Positions 28,801 through 43,231 of a stretch of 64,000 bases of DNA are shown here, piece after piece. The notes beneath the pieces are model-generated. The model was given only the letters and a program-made list of their open reading frames with translations. It was not told the DNA's origin and did not search any database. The position numbers and the translations under genes were made by a program. Origin of the DNA: Octopus vulgaris (lineage: Eukaryota); contig OX597827.1 of the NCBI GenBank assembly GCA_951406725.2, forward strand, positions 61,132,001 through 61,196,000, read 5' to 3'. The first letter of the stretch is position 1, and each line of letters starts with the position of its first letter.

Positions 28801-31800
28801 AAATGTTTTTATTAATTAAAAATTAATTTTAAATTTAAGAAAAAAAAAATTTAAATGTTTAAATTAATTTTTCAGACAGGATGGCATGGCAGAAAAGATA
28901 TTCAATGACATGACGGAAAAGACACCTGAAGCATATTGTTCTTTAATTCAAGGTGCAGCAAAGGTGATTGTAAAGTTGATTTTCTCCATTCTCCCAGAAA
29001 TACACTTCAGAGTTTGATTTATTGTTTTGGGTGCATAAAGTATGAGAAGAATCTTGTGGTTCTAAGTTCCCTCAGAAATCACATAGTTCCAGGTTCAGTC
29101 CCACTGCACAGCTTGAAGGAAGCTTTTAACATGCATCCGGCATGAGTGCCAGTTATACAACACTGGAATTGGCCACAACTATGATCTCTCTTGGCTTGAT
29201 AGGTCTTCTCAAGCACAGTATATTGCCAAAAGTCTTGGTCACTTGTCACTGCTCACCATGCAGGCCTTCATCATCATCATCATTGTTTAACGTCCACTTT
29301 CCATGCTAGCATGGGTTGGACGATTTGACTGAGTTTTGGCGAACCAGATGGCTGCACCAGACTCCAATCTGATCTGGCAGACATTTGTGTGTCTGTGTTT
29401 GTCCCCCCCAACATTGCCTGACAACCAATGCTGGTATGTTTACGTCCCCGTGACTTAGCGGTTCGACAAAAGAGACCGATAGAATAAGTACTAGGCTTAC
29501 AAAGAATAAGTCCTGGGGTCGATTTGCTCGACTAAAGGCGGTGCTCCAGCATGGCCCTGTCAAATGACTGAAACAAGTAAAGAGAGAGAGAGTTACTTGG
29601 TGACCTCACTAGTGCTGGTGCCATGAAAAATGCACCCACTACACTGTGTAAGGTGGCTGGTATTAAGAAGGACATCTAGAAGCAGACACTGGAGACCAAC
29701 ACAGCCCTAAGGCTAGTTGGATCCTGTTGAACCACCCAGCATATGCCGGCATGGAAGAAGGGCATTAAATGATGAGATAATTGTGGTGGTGCTGGTAGCA
29801 GGAAAATCTTTGAGCTATGGTTTTTGGCCATGAGCACAAAGACATTGGTGCTGACAGGATACAAACTATTAGCCTCTTGGTTGATTGCCTTGCCCCTTTT
29901 CACTTAGCTATCTATGCTGTGTACACATGATAAAAAAAAAAAGAAATAAAAGATGGAACTGTAGAGAGCGAATAGAAAATTTCAGTTGATTTGTTGAAGT
30001 ATAGCCTGCCTCTTTTTTTAGGGCTTTTTCTTCATTTGTTTTGTTTTATTTTATTTTTCTGTTGTCATGGGGGTATGGTGTTTGCTTTGTATTTAAATGA
30101 TCTCCAGTTCTATATCATTGCTTGACACCTTATAATATAAGCTATATAGCTTTGGATCTATTAATTCCTTGTAAATGAAATTGGTAGATGAAGACTGTAT
30201 GCAGAATCACACCTCTCCTTGAAAAATTCATTTTTTTGAAAAAAAATTTTCGGTTTTCTATGTTTTAGATATCAGAGATTATGAATATGCAAAAAAAAAA
30301 AACCTACCTTTTCAAATTTCACTTCATCCTGCTCCCTCTCCCCTGTTTTAAATTTTGAACGTTTTCGATAATTTTTTTAAACTACTTTTCTCAAATTTAA
30401 AATCCCTACCTTCCCCCAAATTGTCGCACAACCCCACCCCCCAACAGACCTTTCCGACTTTCTATACAAACCATAGCTGAAAGATTTGTTGAAGTATAGC
30501 CTGCCTCTTTTTTTTAAGGCTTTTTCTCCATTTGTTTTATTTTATTTTATTTTTCTGTTGTAATTTGTTTCAGTATTATAACATGGAACGGGCTTTTAAT
30601 CTGTATGATGAAATGAAAGGGAAAAAATTACCAGGTAAGAAATTTTAGTTTCTCCTTCGTTATTCTTCATTATCATCATCGTTTGCTATGGCTGTTATTA
30701 TCTTATAAATAATTCTGCTTGTTTCTTCATTACTTAGTCTGTCTGTAACGCCTTCATGTGATTGGTCGAAGAGGAAGGGATGGAGCCTGGAGGTGGAGGA
30801 GAGGAGGGTGATGTGGTGTGTGATATGTATAATTTTTTTTGTGTTTTTGAGCTAAGTTTTTTTTCTCTCCATTACTTAACTTGTCTGTAACGCTTTCGCA
30901 TGATTAGCTGAAGAGAAAGGCAAAGAGCGAGAGAAAAAGGACAAAGAGAAAGGAGAGAGAAAAAGAGGGTAAGGTGAAGAGTGAGAGAGAAAGAGGGAGA
31001 GTGCTGTGTATTAAGTCTATAAAATTGTGCATAAAGTATAAAAATGCATTAAGTAGTCATCATGTTCCAATTTCCTTCACTTTTCAATGATTAGCAGAGG
31101 TTTGACTATCTTTTGATACAGACACAACATAAGCTATGCTTTCAGGTTACTCTTTTACTTGTTTCAGTCATTTGACCATGGCCATGCTGGAGCACCGCCT
31201 TTACTCGAGCAAATCGACCCCAGGACTTATTCTTTGTAAGCCTAGTACTTATTCTGTCGGTCTCTTTTGCTGAACCGCTAAGTTACGGGGACGTAAACAC
31301 TCCAGCATCGGTTGTCAAGTGATGTTGGAGGGACAAACACAGACACACACACACATGCTCCGTGCTGGTGGCATGTAAAAAGCACCATTTGAGCGTGATC
31401 GTTACCAGCGTTGCCTTATTAGCACTTGTGGCACATGAAAAACACATTCGAGTGAGGTCGTTGCCAGTGCCGCTGGACTGGCTCCTGTGCAGGTGGCACA
31501 TAAAAAGCACCATTTGAGCGTGGCCGTTGCTAGTACCGCCTGACTGGCCCTCATGCCAGTGGTATGTAAAAGCAGCCACTGCACTCTCGGAGTGGTTGGT
31601 ATTAGGAAGGGCATCCAGCTGTAGAAACTCTGCCAGATCAAGATTGGAGCCTGGTGCAGCCATCTGATTTGACAATCCTCAGTCAAATCATCCAACCCAT
31701 GCTAGCATGGAAAGCGGATGTTAAACAATGATGATGATATACATATATACGACGGGCTTCTCTCAGTCTCCATCTACCAAATCCACTCACAAGGCTTTGG

Positions 31801-33822
31801 TCAGCCTGAGGCTGTAGTAGAAGACACTTGCCCAAGGTGCCATGCAGTGGGACTGAGCCCAGAACCATGTAGTTCGTAAGCAAGCTACTTACCACACTAC
31901 CAAGATTTCTTTAGATAAAGTTTTCAAAAATAACCCAAAATGTTTAACCATTAATTCCATGAAATATTTACGGGTCCTGCTAGTCTTTATTATTATCACT
32001 TATTGTCATCTTCATCATTGTCTTTATCCTTGTTACTGTTTCCTGGCATACAAGTCGAATTTTTTAGGCCAAAATTTAAAGCCAAAAATGAAAGGTCAAC
32101 TTTAGATACCAAGCAACTTTGGAAGACTGAAAATTCCATGTGAAATGCAGAGTAGGATTTGGAATGAAAGTGATGATGTTTGAATGTTTACACCTGTACA
32201 CCATATAATATGCTGACTTGTATTTTGGAAAATACATCATCATTTTCGTTGTCATCTTTGTTTTATTTTTTTTAATAGCAAAAATATCTCAAATGGTCAA
32301 GACAATGTCATTGCTCCGCATCCACTCTAAACATATGCAGCATTTGAAATAAAGTATTTTTGCTCAAGAATACAACACACTGTCCAGTCCAGAAATCAAA
32401 ATCACACTCTTGCAATCGTTAGAGTAACTCCCTAAGCGCTATTCAGTATATTCTCTTCTCAGACTCACACACTTATTGCAGCAGTCCTTTAGTTTTTCTA
32501 AGCCCTGTAAAAGAACTTGGAATGTTAGGTCTCCAACCAGGGCCTTTCATGATACCCTTAAAGCCAGGAACTTTTCAACACCCTTTGTATATGATACACA
32601 TTCTTAACCCTTTTGTTACTGTATTTATTTTGAGATGTTCTGTGTTTCTTTCAATTACTTTAAATATAACAAAGAGGCGCGGGCATGGCTGTGTGGTTAG
32701 GGAGCTTGCTTCCTAGCTACATGGTTTCGGGTTCAGTCCCACTGCGTGGCACTTTGGGTAGGTGTCTTCCGCTATAGCCCCGAGCCGACCGGAGCTTTGT
32801 GATTGAATTCGGTAGGTGGAAGTTACTGCCGTGTGTGTATGTGTGTGTATAGCTGCTCAGTGCCTCTCCGAAAGAGAGAGAGAGGGAATTTAGTAAAATA
32901 ACTTAGTTATCATTCAGCTAGTGTTAGGAATATAAATTGTGACTAAGGTTTGGTGGAAGATTTTAATTCAAAACTTATGAAAACAATACATTTGTACTCA
33001 AGCCAGAGCCGGTTTCAGCCGGGTTGGTAACGAAAGGGTTAATCCTGTTTTCAATCACCGGAGTAAATTGGGACTTATGGAAAGAAATCCCTGTATTACT
33101 CAGAATATATGAAACAAGAGCTAACTAAAAGTCTGGAAACATGAAGGGACATTTAGGGCAAACTTATGAAATTGAACAGGCAAAGGGGTTAAAATGTGCT
33201 TTGAGTAAACCTTAGAAGAGACAAGGAGTAGGAAGTTAGATTTACTTATATGAAATGACTTCTGGTTTTCATTTTCTTTTTTTTTTTGTTTTCTTTTCCA
33301 GTGAGTTTATCAGCTTACAACAGCCTTCTGCATGTAGCTGTGTATCATGGTGATACATACCCCATGAAGTGGAATCTCATTCTTGTGAGTAATAATTTTG
33401 GTAGAAGCTTGCTGTTGTTGTTATGTCACTTGTTATTTGTTGTTAGTTTCAATTATTGTCAGTCATCATCATCATCATCATCCCCATCATTATTGTCACT
33501 ACCCCACCACCACCACCACCACCACAATCAAATATATATATATATATATATATATATAATAATTGTACCCTTTTAAAGCCTAGCCAGGCTCATGGGCCCG
33601 GTTTCCCGGTTTCAATGGCGTATGTGTTCCCCAGCTGGACAGGACGCCAGTCCATCACAGCGTTACTCATTTTTGCCAGCTGAGTGGACTGGAGCAACGG
33701 GAAATGAAGTGTTTTGCTCAAGAACGCAACACGTCGCCTGGTCCAGGAATCGAAACCACAATCTTACGATCATGATGCTGACATCCTAACCACTAAGCCA
33801 CGCGCCTCCACACACACATACA

Positions 33823-33857
<35 letters not shown>

Positions 33858-34647
33858 TACATATGTGGGGAATTCTGTCTGAGTGTGCTTGCTGAGTTGT
33901 TAGCTGACTCCTCCTTCATCGTTTTATCAATTTTGATGAAACTTGGCACATGAGTAGAACTCATGTCTGGAAACCTCACGGCATACTCAGATTGTTGAAA
34001 AAATAAAATCAATAGTAGGGCCCCTGGAAGGGATCCTTATATATAACTAATATATTTTCTTTTAACAGCCAAGGGAGATAACCCATTCATATTCCTATAT
34101 TATTTGGTATAAATCAAATTGAGTATGCTTATTTCTTAGTATTTGAACTGTTAGAGTTATTTTTGCAATTTATCCAGTACTACCCTTAAACAAGTAAATA
34201 GTATTTTCCTAAACAATAGCTCCACTTATTAAATAATTTACTGAATAAGTTAGTGACTTTTTTATGAATATACCAACAAGCCTGTTATTACATAACATGC
34301 TTCATGAATTTAGCATACATACCATATTGGCATTTCCTCCTAAGTTTTATTTACTCTGGGAACGCATTAAAGCCCTTTTTGGGGCTACTTTATTTGAATT
34401 CTTACTATTGGGTAACTAATTTCATATTATTACATAACTGACTTCACAATTTGGGTATTCATCACTTATTGGGAATTCTTAAAAACAAGATCCTGTGTAA
34501 GACAGTTCGGTATTCTCAGTAAATGCTCAAAAACCATTTTAAGGGCTACATACTTTGTATTGTTGTTATTGGATTAGCAAAACAATTATGAGAATGCAAC
34601 CAATGGATAAGTCCCATTTTCTCAGGAATTACTGGGAACATCAGCTA

Positions 34648-34686
<39 letters not shown>

Positions 34687-35685
34687 AGAGAGAGAGAGAG
34701 ATAAGTAGATATAAAGATATATATATATATGTGATATAAAGATATATATATCATATATATCTTTATATATGCTCAGACAGGCATTGAAACTTTTCTCCTC
34801 CCTGCTTTCTCTTTTCCTCTTCCGCCTCATCTTCACCTCCTTCCTCTTCATCTTCACTTTCTTCGTCTTCACCTTTCTCCTCCCCTCCTCCTTTCCTTCC
34901 TTCCTTCCCATTTTCTCTCCCTCCTCTTCATTCTCCTCTCCCCCTGTCCTCCTCCCTCCTCCAAAGGTAAACAAGTATCATTACTATTATTATTTCCATT
35001 ATCAATCAATTCTTCGTTTTGTCATTAATTTTTAGAACCTTTTAAAAGACATGAAATCTTCGAAATTACAACCTAACTTAGCGACTTTCAATGCAGTTCT
35101 AAACAGCCTTTCAAGAATGACTCGCTTCGGCAAATGCCGAATGATTGCACACAATGTTTTGACTGAAATGAAGAACTGTGGTATTGGTAAGCATTGCTTT
35201 TTGGTGGCGGCTTTTATTAATTTTGTTTGTAATATTTTTCATCTTTTTATGTTTAGTGTGTAATATTGTGTGAAATCATGGGCCAAGTTTTATTAATCTA
35301 CTACCTTAGTCTATCATTTTGTGTTAATTAAGGAGCATCACTGAAGTCAATTGACTGTTAGAAATAATAGCTGTGTCTCACTCAAATCACAACATACTGT
35401 CTTAAATATAGAAAAGGCTCCGTTAGGTAATATAGTCTTAGATATTCTTGTAATGACAGGGTGGTTACAATTGGAATGTCTTTGATCATAGGTTTGCCAG
35501 TTTAGGGTTACCTAGGGCTAAACATTAGATGTAGGTATGGCTGTGTGGTTAGGAAGTTTGCAACCACATTGGTTTGATTTCAGTCCCATTGCACACCACT
35601 TGAGCAAGAGTCTTCTATAACCTTGGGCTGACCAATATCTTTGAGTGAATTTAGTCAATAGAAATTGTGTGGAAGCCTTTCTTTA

Positions 35686-35717
<32 letters not shown>

Positions 35718-38700
35718 AATATGAGGGAATATTATTCCAAACTTACAGGGAAAAATTCAATTTAGAAATACTAAATCAAATTTCACGAAATATAATATAT
35801 ACATATATATAAATTAGAAAAAAACCACCTTTTATCAATTCAATAATGAAAAATTAAATTATACCATTTAGAAAAATTACATACATACATACATACATAC
35901 ATATAGTATCGAACAGTAAGAATAAGTGGTCAACACTGCATTTAGTATTTTATGTATGGTTTAACAAGCTACCTAATGTTTCATGTGGAAGAATATCCAC
36001 AATTCTTCAAGTGGTTCACTTAAAAATGCAGGTGATCGCCTCCATTTTGGGTTACCAGTGACACCTTTTTTAATCAACAAATAAAGTAAATATAGATAGA
36101 TAGATAGACAGACAGACAGGCAGACAAACAGACAGATAGATAGATAGATAGATAGAGAGAGAGATAGATAGATAGATAGATAGATGCATGCATGCATATA
36201 TGTATGTGTGTGGATGTATGTATGTACGTATACGACGGACTTCTTTTAATTTCCTCTAGCAAATCCTTACAAAGCATTGGTCGGCCTGAGCGATCGCTGA
36301 AGACACTTGCCGAAAGGGATGATTTTAAAAAGAAATTATTTTAAAACTTAGATAAACCAAGAGCTAAACCTGGTTAGAAATTTTCAGGCTAACCTATCCT
36401 GCGATATGATGATTGTTTTTCACACCACGTAGAATATAAAAGTAGTGTATGGTACTGATTGACAAGTCCATATGTCATGCCTTTCAGCACTCTTTTAAAC
36501 TATATGTATGTTAATGTGTGTGTATGCTTGCATCTATAAATAATAAATAAATAATCATATAAAACATATGAATGTGAACATCTGAACGTTTGTGAGTGTG
36601 TGTGTGTGCGCGTGTGATATTCTTGTGAAACGATAGTTGAAATAAATACTCAAAAAAAATTTTTTGGGTAAAATTTTGGAAAAATATTTAGGGAAAATTT
36701 TCAGTGAAAATTTTGGAAAAAGTATGGAAGACCAGCGGTGCCAAATTCACAAAATATGGAAAGCCAGCGGTGCCAAAATCACAAAATATGGCAAAAATTT
36801 TCGAAAAATCTGTTGAAAAATTTTTGTTGAAAATTTTCGAAAAATTTTCGGTGGAAATTTTTGAAAAAGTATGGAAAGCCAGCGGTGCCAAAATCACAAA
36901 GTGAAAATTTTCGAAAACTTTTTGGGGAAAATTTTCGGTGGAAATTTTCGAAAAATTTTTGGGGAAAATTTTCGGTGGAAATTTTCAAAAAATTTTTAGG
37001 GAAAATTTTCGAAAAATATTTAGGTAAAAATTTCGGCGAAAATTTTTTTTTTGGAAAAAGTTTTCGAAAAATCTGTTGAAAAATTTTTGGGGAAAATTTT
37101 CGAAAAATTCTTTGGGAAAATTTTTGAAAAAGTATGGAAAGCCAGCGGTGCCAAAATCACAAAGTGAAAATTTTCGAAAACTTTTTGGGGAAAATTTACG
37201 AAAAATTTTTGGGGAAAATTTTCGGTGAAAATTTTTGGGGAAAATGTTCGGTGAAAATTTTCGGTGGAAATTTTCAAAAAATTTTTAGGGAAAATTTTCG
37301 AAAAATATTTTGGTAAAAATTTCGGCGAAAATTTTTTTTTGGAAAAAGTTTTCGAAAATTCTGTTAAAAAATTTTTGGGGAAAATTTTCGAAAAATTATT
37401 TGGGAAAATTTTTGAAAAAGTATGGAAAGCCAGCGGTGCCAAAATCACAAAGTGAAAATTTTGGAAAAATTATTGGGGAAATTTTCGGTGAAAAGTTTTG
37501 AAAAGTGTGGGACCACTTCTCAGCTGCTACTATTCCCTCGTCCTCTCTGACCTGAGTGGTAGCAAAATCACAAAGTATGGCAAAAATTTTCGAAAAATCT
37601 GTTGAAAAATTTTCGAGAAAAATTTTTGTGGAAAATTTTCGAAAACTTTTTGGGGAAAATTTTCGGTGGAAATTTTCGAAAAATTTTTGGGGAAAATTTT
37701 TGGTGAAAATTTTCGGTGAAAATTTTGGAAAAATTTTTGGTTAAAATTTTCGAAAACTTTTTGGGGAAAATGTTCGGTGAAAATTTTCGAAAAATTTTTG
37801 GGGAAAATTTTCAAAAAATTTTTAGGGAAAATTTTCGAAAAATTTTGAGGTAAAAATTTCGGTGAAAATTTTCAAAAAATTGTGGAAAATTTACGAGAAA
37901 CTCTTGGGTAAAATTTTGAAAAATTTTTGTGGAAAAGTTAGGAAAGATTTTTGGGGAAAATTTTGGAAAAAGTATGGAAGGCCAGCGGTGCCAAAATCAC
38001 AAAGTATGGAAGGCCAGCGGTGCCAAAATCACAAAGTATGCAAGGCCAGCGGTGCCAAAATTACAAAGTATGGAAAGCCAGCGGTGCCAAAATCAAGAGT
38101 ATGGCAAAAATTTTCGAAAAATCTCTTGAAAAATTTTTGAGAAAAATTTTTGTGGAAAATTTTCGAAAAATTTTGGGGAAAATCTTTGGTGAAAATTTTC
38201 AAAAAAAATTTTCGTGGAAAATTTTCGGTGAAAATTTTGAAAAATTTTTGGTTAAAATTTTCGAAAACTTTTTGGGGAAAATGTTCGGTGAAAATTTTCG
38301 AAAAATTTCCGGTGGAAATTTTCAAAAAATTTTTAGGGAAAATTTTCGAAAAATTTTTATGTAAAAATTCGGTGAAAATTTTCAAAAAATTTTTGTGGAA
38401 AATTTACGAAAAATTTCGAGAAAATTCTCGGTGAAAATTTTCCAAAAAATTTTGGGTAAAATTTTCGATGAAAATTTTGGAAAAATCTTTGTGTAAAATT
38501 TTCGGTGAAAATTTTAGAAAAAGTATGGAAAGCCAGCGGAGCCAAAATCACAAAGTATGGAAGGCCAGCGGTGCCAAAATCACAAAGTATGTCAAAAACT
38601 TTCCAAAAATCTGTTGAAAAATTTTTGCGAAAAATTTTTGGGAAATTTTCGAAAAATTTTTGGAGAAAATTTTCGAAAACTTTATGGGGAAAATGTTCAG

Positions 38701-39931
38701 TGAAAATTTTCGAAAAATTTTTGTGTAAAATTTTGGAAAAAGTATGGAAGGCCAGCGGTGCCAAAATCACAAAGTATGCAAGGCCAGCGGTGCCAAAACC
38801 ACAAAGTATGGAAAGCCAGCGGTGCCAAAATCAAAGTATGGAGAGCCAGCGGTGCCAAAATCACAAAGTATGGCAAAAATTTTCGAAAAATCTGTTGAAA
38901 AATTTTTGAGAAAAATTTTTGTGGAAAATTTTCGAAAACTTTTTGGGGAAAATTTTCGGTGGAAATTTTCGAAAAATTTTTGGGGAAAATTTTTGGTGAA
39001 AATTTTCGGTGAAAATTTTGGAAAAATTTTTGGTTAAAATTTTCGAAAACTTTTTGGGGAAAATGTTCGGTGAAAATTTTCAAAAAATTTTTGAGGAAAA
39101 TTTTCGGTGGAAATTTTCAAAAAATTTTTAGGGAAAATTTTCGAAAAATTTTGAGGTAAAAATTTCGGTGGAAAATTTACGAAAAACTTTTGGGTAAAAT
39201 TTTGAAAAATTTTTGTGGAAAAGTTAGGAAAGATTTTTGGGGAAAAGTATGGAAGGCCAGCGGTGCCAAAATCACAAAGTATCGAAGACCAGCGTTGCCA
39301 AAATCACAAAGTATGGAAAGCCAGTGGTGCCAAAATGACAAAGTATGGCAAAAATTTTCGAAAAATCTGTTTTTGAGAAAAATTTTTCGGGTTTAATTTT
39401 CGGTGAAAATTTTCGGTAAAAATTTTGGGGGAAAATGTTGGAAAAATTTTTGGGGAAAATATAATATGTAATTTTTCTAAATGGTATAATTTAATTTTTC
39501 ATTATTGAATTGATAAAAGGTGTTTTTTTTTCTAATTTATATATATATATAAAGAATGAGGAGAAAATGGAGAAGCAATTAATAAAATTATTTATTGATT
39601 ATAAAATATGACAGTTAACATGTCAAGGAATTTTCCTTTTGATTTTTACAGAACCTAGTTTGGCAAGCTGGAGTATGTTTATAAACATCATCTATTTCAA
39701 TGAGAGTGAGTAATTTTTCAGTTTTCTTTTATCTTTTTATATGTATATATATATCGTCTGCTAAAACTAGAACTCTAACACAGAACTGAACTACACACGA
39801 TGAAAAATAATATAAGTCCATTCGAAGAATTTAAGTCAGGTCACTATATGTTAATAGCACTACCAGTAAATAATGTAGGCTGGTACTACCTGCGGCATTT
39901 TGAAGAAAAAATATGGTTCTGTGTAGAACAA

Positions 39932-39963
<32 letters not shown>

Positions 39964-41350
39964 TAACAACAACAACAATAAGTCTGTTCGAAGGACAGAC
40001 AAAGGGATTAAGTTGACTATATCGACTCCAGTGCGTAACTGGAACTTAATTTATTGACTCCGAAAGGATGAAAGGTAAAGTCGACCTTGGCGGTGTGCAT
40101 TTCGCCTGGTGTGCTAACGTTTCTGCCAGTTTGCTGCATTATTGTCATACAAATGATGTTTGTTTCTGGTCTGCTATAGAAAACATGCCTGGCCATAGGG
40201 ATATATTAACTTGCTTGGAATCATGCAACAGTTGATGACAGGAACGGCATCTGGATGTAGAAAATTTTGCCGCAACAAAATTCCACCTGACCAATGCAAA
40301 CATGGAAAAGTGGATGTTAAAATGTTGATGAACTAAAACAATGGAGGCACATGGCTTAGTTGTTAGAGTATTTGGCTCACAATTGTCTGGCTGTGAGTTT
40401 GATTCCTGAAGGAGTGTTGTGTCCTTGAGCAAGACACTTTATTTCACATTGCTCCAGTCTACTCAGCTGACAAAACTGAGTGGTACATGTATTTCAAAAG
40501 GCCAGCCTTCTCACATTGTGTCATCCTAAATCTCCCTGAGAGCTACATTAACCCTTTAGCATTTAAACTGGCCGTATTCTGCCTGTTTTATGTTCAAACT
40601 GGCCAGATCTGGTCTCTCACACCAACCCTACAATATCATTTTAAAAATTAACAGCTACCTCATCAAAATCTCATAGCTACAAGATAATGCCTGATTAGTT
40701 CAAAACAATGTGGATAAAGAAGCATTAATTTTGGCAGAATAATGTGAACACTAAAGGGTTAAGGGTATGCATGTCTGTTGGGTGCTCAGCCCCTTACATA
40801 TTAATTTTACAAGCAGGCTGTTCTGTTGATTGGATCAAATGGAACTCTTGTCACATTAACTGACAGAAGGCCAGTATAAAAGAGGTTTTTTTTTTGCAGA
40901 CAGATTGGGCCATGGCACAATAAAGGGCTCTACATTTCTATTGCGTCCTAGCTAAAGCTAAATGCTCATCCTGTCTATCTCTCTATTTTCTCATGACAGA
41001 TGTGGAGTCCCAGGTTATTTATCAAATCATGGACCACCTGAAGGATAAGGAAATGACACTGCAACATCCAGCTGATTGTGAGTATCCATCAACATGTCTG
41101 TTTTGTGTGTGTGTTTGTATGTGTGTGTGTATCTTTTATCTTTCACTTGTCTCAATCATTAGACTGCAGCCATGCTAGAGCACTGCCTGGAAGAATTTTT
41201 AGTCGAATGACGTGACCCCAATAGTTTTTTTTTTCTTTCTTTAAAAACCTGCTATTAATTCTGTCAATCTCTTTGCTGAACTTCTAAGTTACAAGTATGA
41301 CACCGGCACTAGTTGTCAAATGGTGGTAGGGACATACACAGACAGAAAGG

Positions 41351-41396
<46 letters not shown>

Positions 41397-43197
41397 GGCT
41401 TCTTTCATTTCTGTCTACCAAATACATTTACAAGGCTTTGGTTGGTTCAAGGCTTTAGTAAAAGACATTTTCTCAAGGTGCCATGCAGTGGGACTGAACC
41501 CAGAAGCATGTGTTTGGAAAGCAAGCTTCTTACTACACACACACATATGGTGTTAGGAAGGGTGTCCAACCATAGAAACCATTCCACAGCAGACATCTGG
41601 TGTCTGGACAGCTTCCTGCTAGTCAGCTCCATGTCAAACTATCCAACTCATGGCAGCATGGAAAGTGGATGTTAAACGATGATACACACACACTGTCCCG
41701 GGTATGGTTTAGATTGCATCTGGCTGTGAGGCCCTGGTCTTGGAGTTCCTGGGTTTTGAAAAGTGTGGGACCACTTCTCAGCCGCTACTATTCCCTCGTC
41801 CTCTCTGACCTGAGTGGTAGCACCTGTCAGGGTCCCAGCTGTGGGTTAATTAGCATGGCATGGTAGAAACTCCCAGTACAAACCGTCACTGGCTTCTGAG
41901 CACCTTGGGAAAGGAAAAAAGCTTAGGGTGTCGACCTGGACAGTAAATTGAGGAGCGGAGTCGCTCGGAAGGTCCAGTGCTCTTTTTGGTACCCTTCTAG
42001 CAACTCTAAGGTAGATGAAGCTCTTCAGCTTTGTGAGGCATCTCCAATGTAATACCTATAGTTTGCTGGTCACTGCAGCCATCTTTTTCTACTTAGTCAA
42101 TGTGGTCAGGCCTCCACGTTTAAAGAGTAGGATTGGCTTGCATGGCCTGACTCTCATAATAAAAATTGAATATTCTTCTATTCTCTGTATATATTCATGA
42201 AAGGCTTCTTTCAGTTTCCATCTACCAAATCCACTCACAAGACTTTGGTTGGCCCAAGGCTATAGTAGAAGACACTTGCCCAAGGTGCTACACAATGGGA
42301 CTGAACCCGGAACCATGTGGTTGGGAAAGAAGCTTCTTACCTCACAGCTATACCTGCACCTATTCATTCTATCCATTCTTAATACATCTGGTAGAATATT
42401 TGTTAATTTTAAAAACATTTTGTATTTTTCTTTTCCAGTTGATTTCTTTGCAAATGCTATGGCTAAGGTAAGTTTTTAAACTTTTAGCTTGTGTTTACTA
42501 ATTCAGCATTTGTTTTTGGTTTGTTGTGAATTTGATGGCAATTGAGAAACAGTAGCTGAAATAATAGTACAAACAGACAGCTTATCTTGTTTGTAGCTGT
42601 GTATTATTCTGTGGTGTGTGTGTGTGTGTGTGTGTGTGTGTATTTGCTTTTGTGTAAAGATGGGTTGAGCTACGCTTGTTGCTTTGTGTTTTTAAAGAGG
42701 ATTATTTCTTCATACTTAAAGGTTTTCTGTGATTAAAGTCTATGAATTTGGTAAGAATTTGATATGTAGGTATATACACACACTCACATATAAAAATACA
42801 TACATACATATGTAGATAGATAGATAGATAGACAGATAGATAGATAAATAGATAGATAGTTAGATAGATAGGAAGAAATGGGATGAGGGGGTGAGATGTT
42901 GAATCTCATGGAGGCAATAAGTCATCAAGACCTTTGGCGATTTGCTGTGCTTGAGAAGACATGTCAAACCGGAGTCATGACCAGTGTCGGTGGCACTTAT
43001 AAGGCATCTATGTTTATAATGCATAAAAGGCACCCATTATGCTTTTGGAGTGGTTGGCATCAGGAAGGGCATCCAGCCATAGAGAACCAAGCCAAGTCAG
43101 ACTGGAGCCTGGTGCAGCTCTCCAGCTTACCGGACCCAGTCAAACCGTCTAACCCATGCCAGCATGGAAAATGGATACTAACTGATGGTGATGACAA

Positions 43198-43231
<34 letters not shown>

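Noticed and set aside
36688-39396. K/F/N-rich ORFs in the array
   Set aside because: By-product of stop-poor A/T-tract repeats; overlapping in all frames.
36650-39460. CRISPR-like appearance (32-bp repeats separated by other sequence)
   Set aside because: Intervening sequences are themselves repetitive and of very unequal length, many units are directly tandem, there are no cas genes and the context is a eukaryotic intron.
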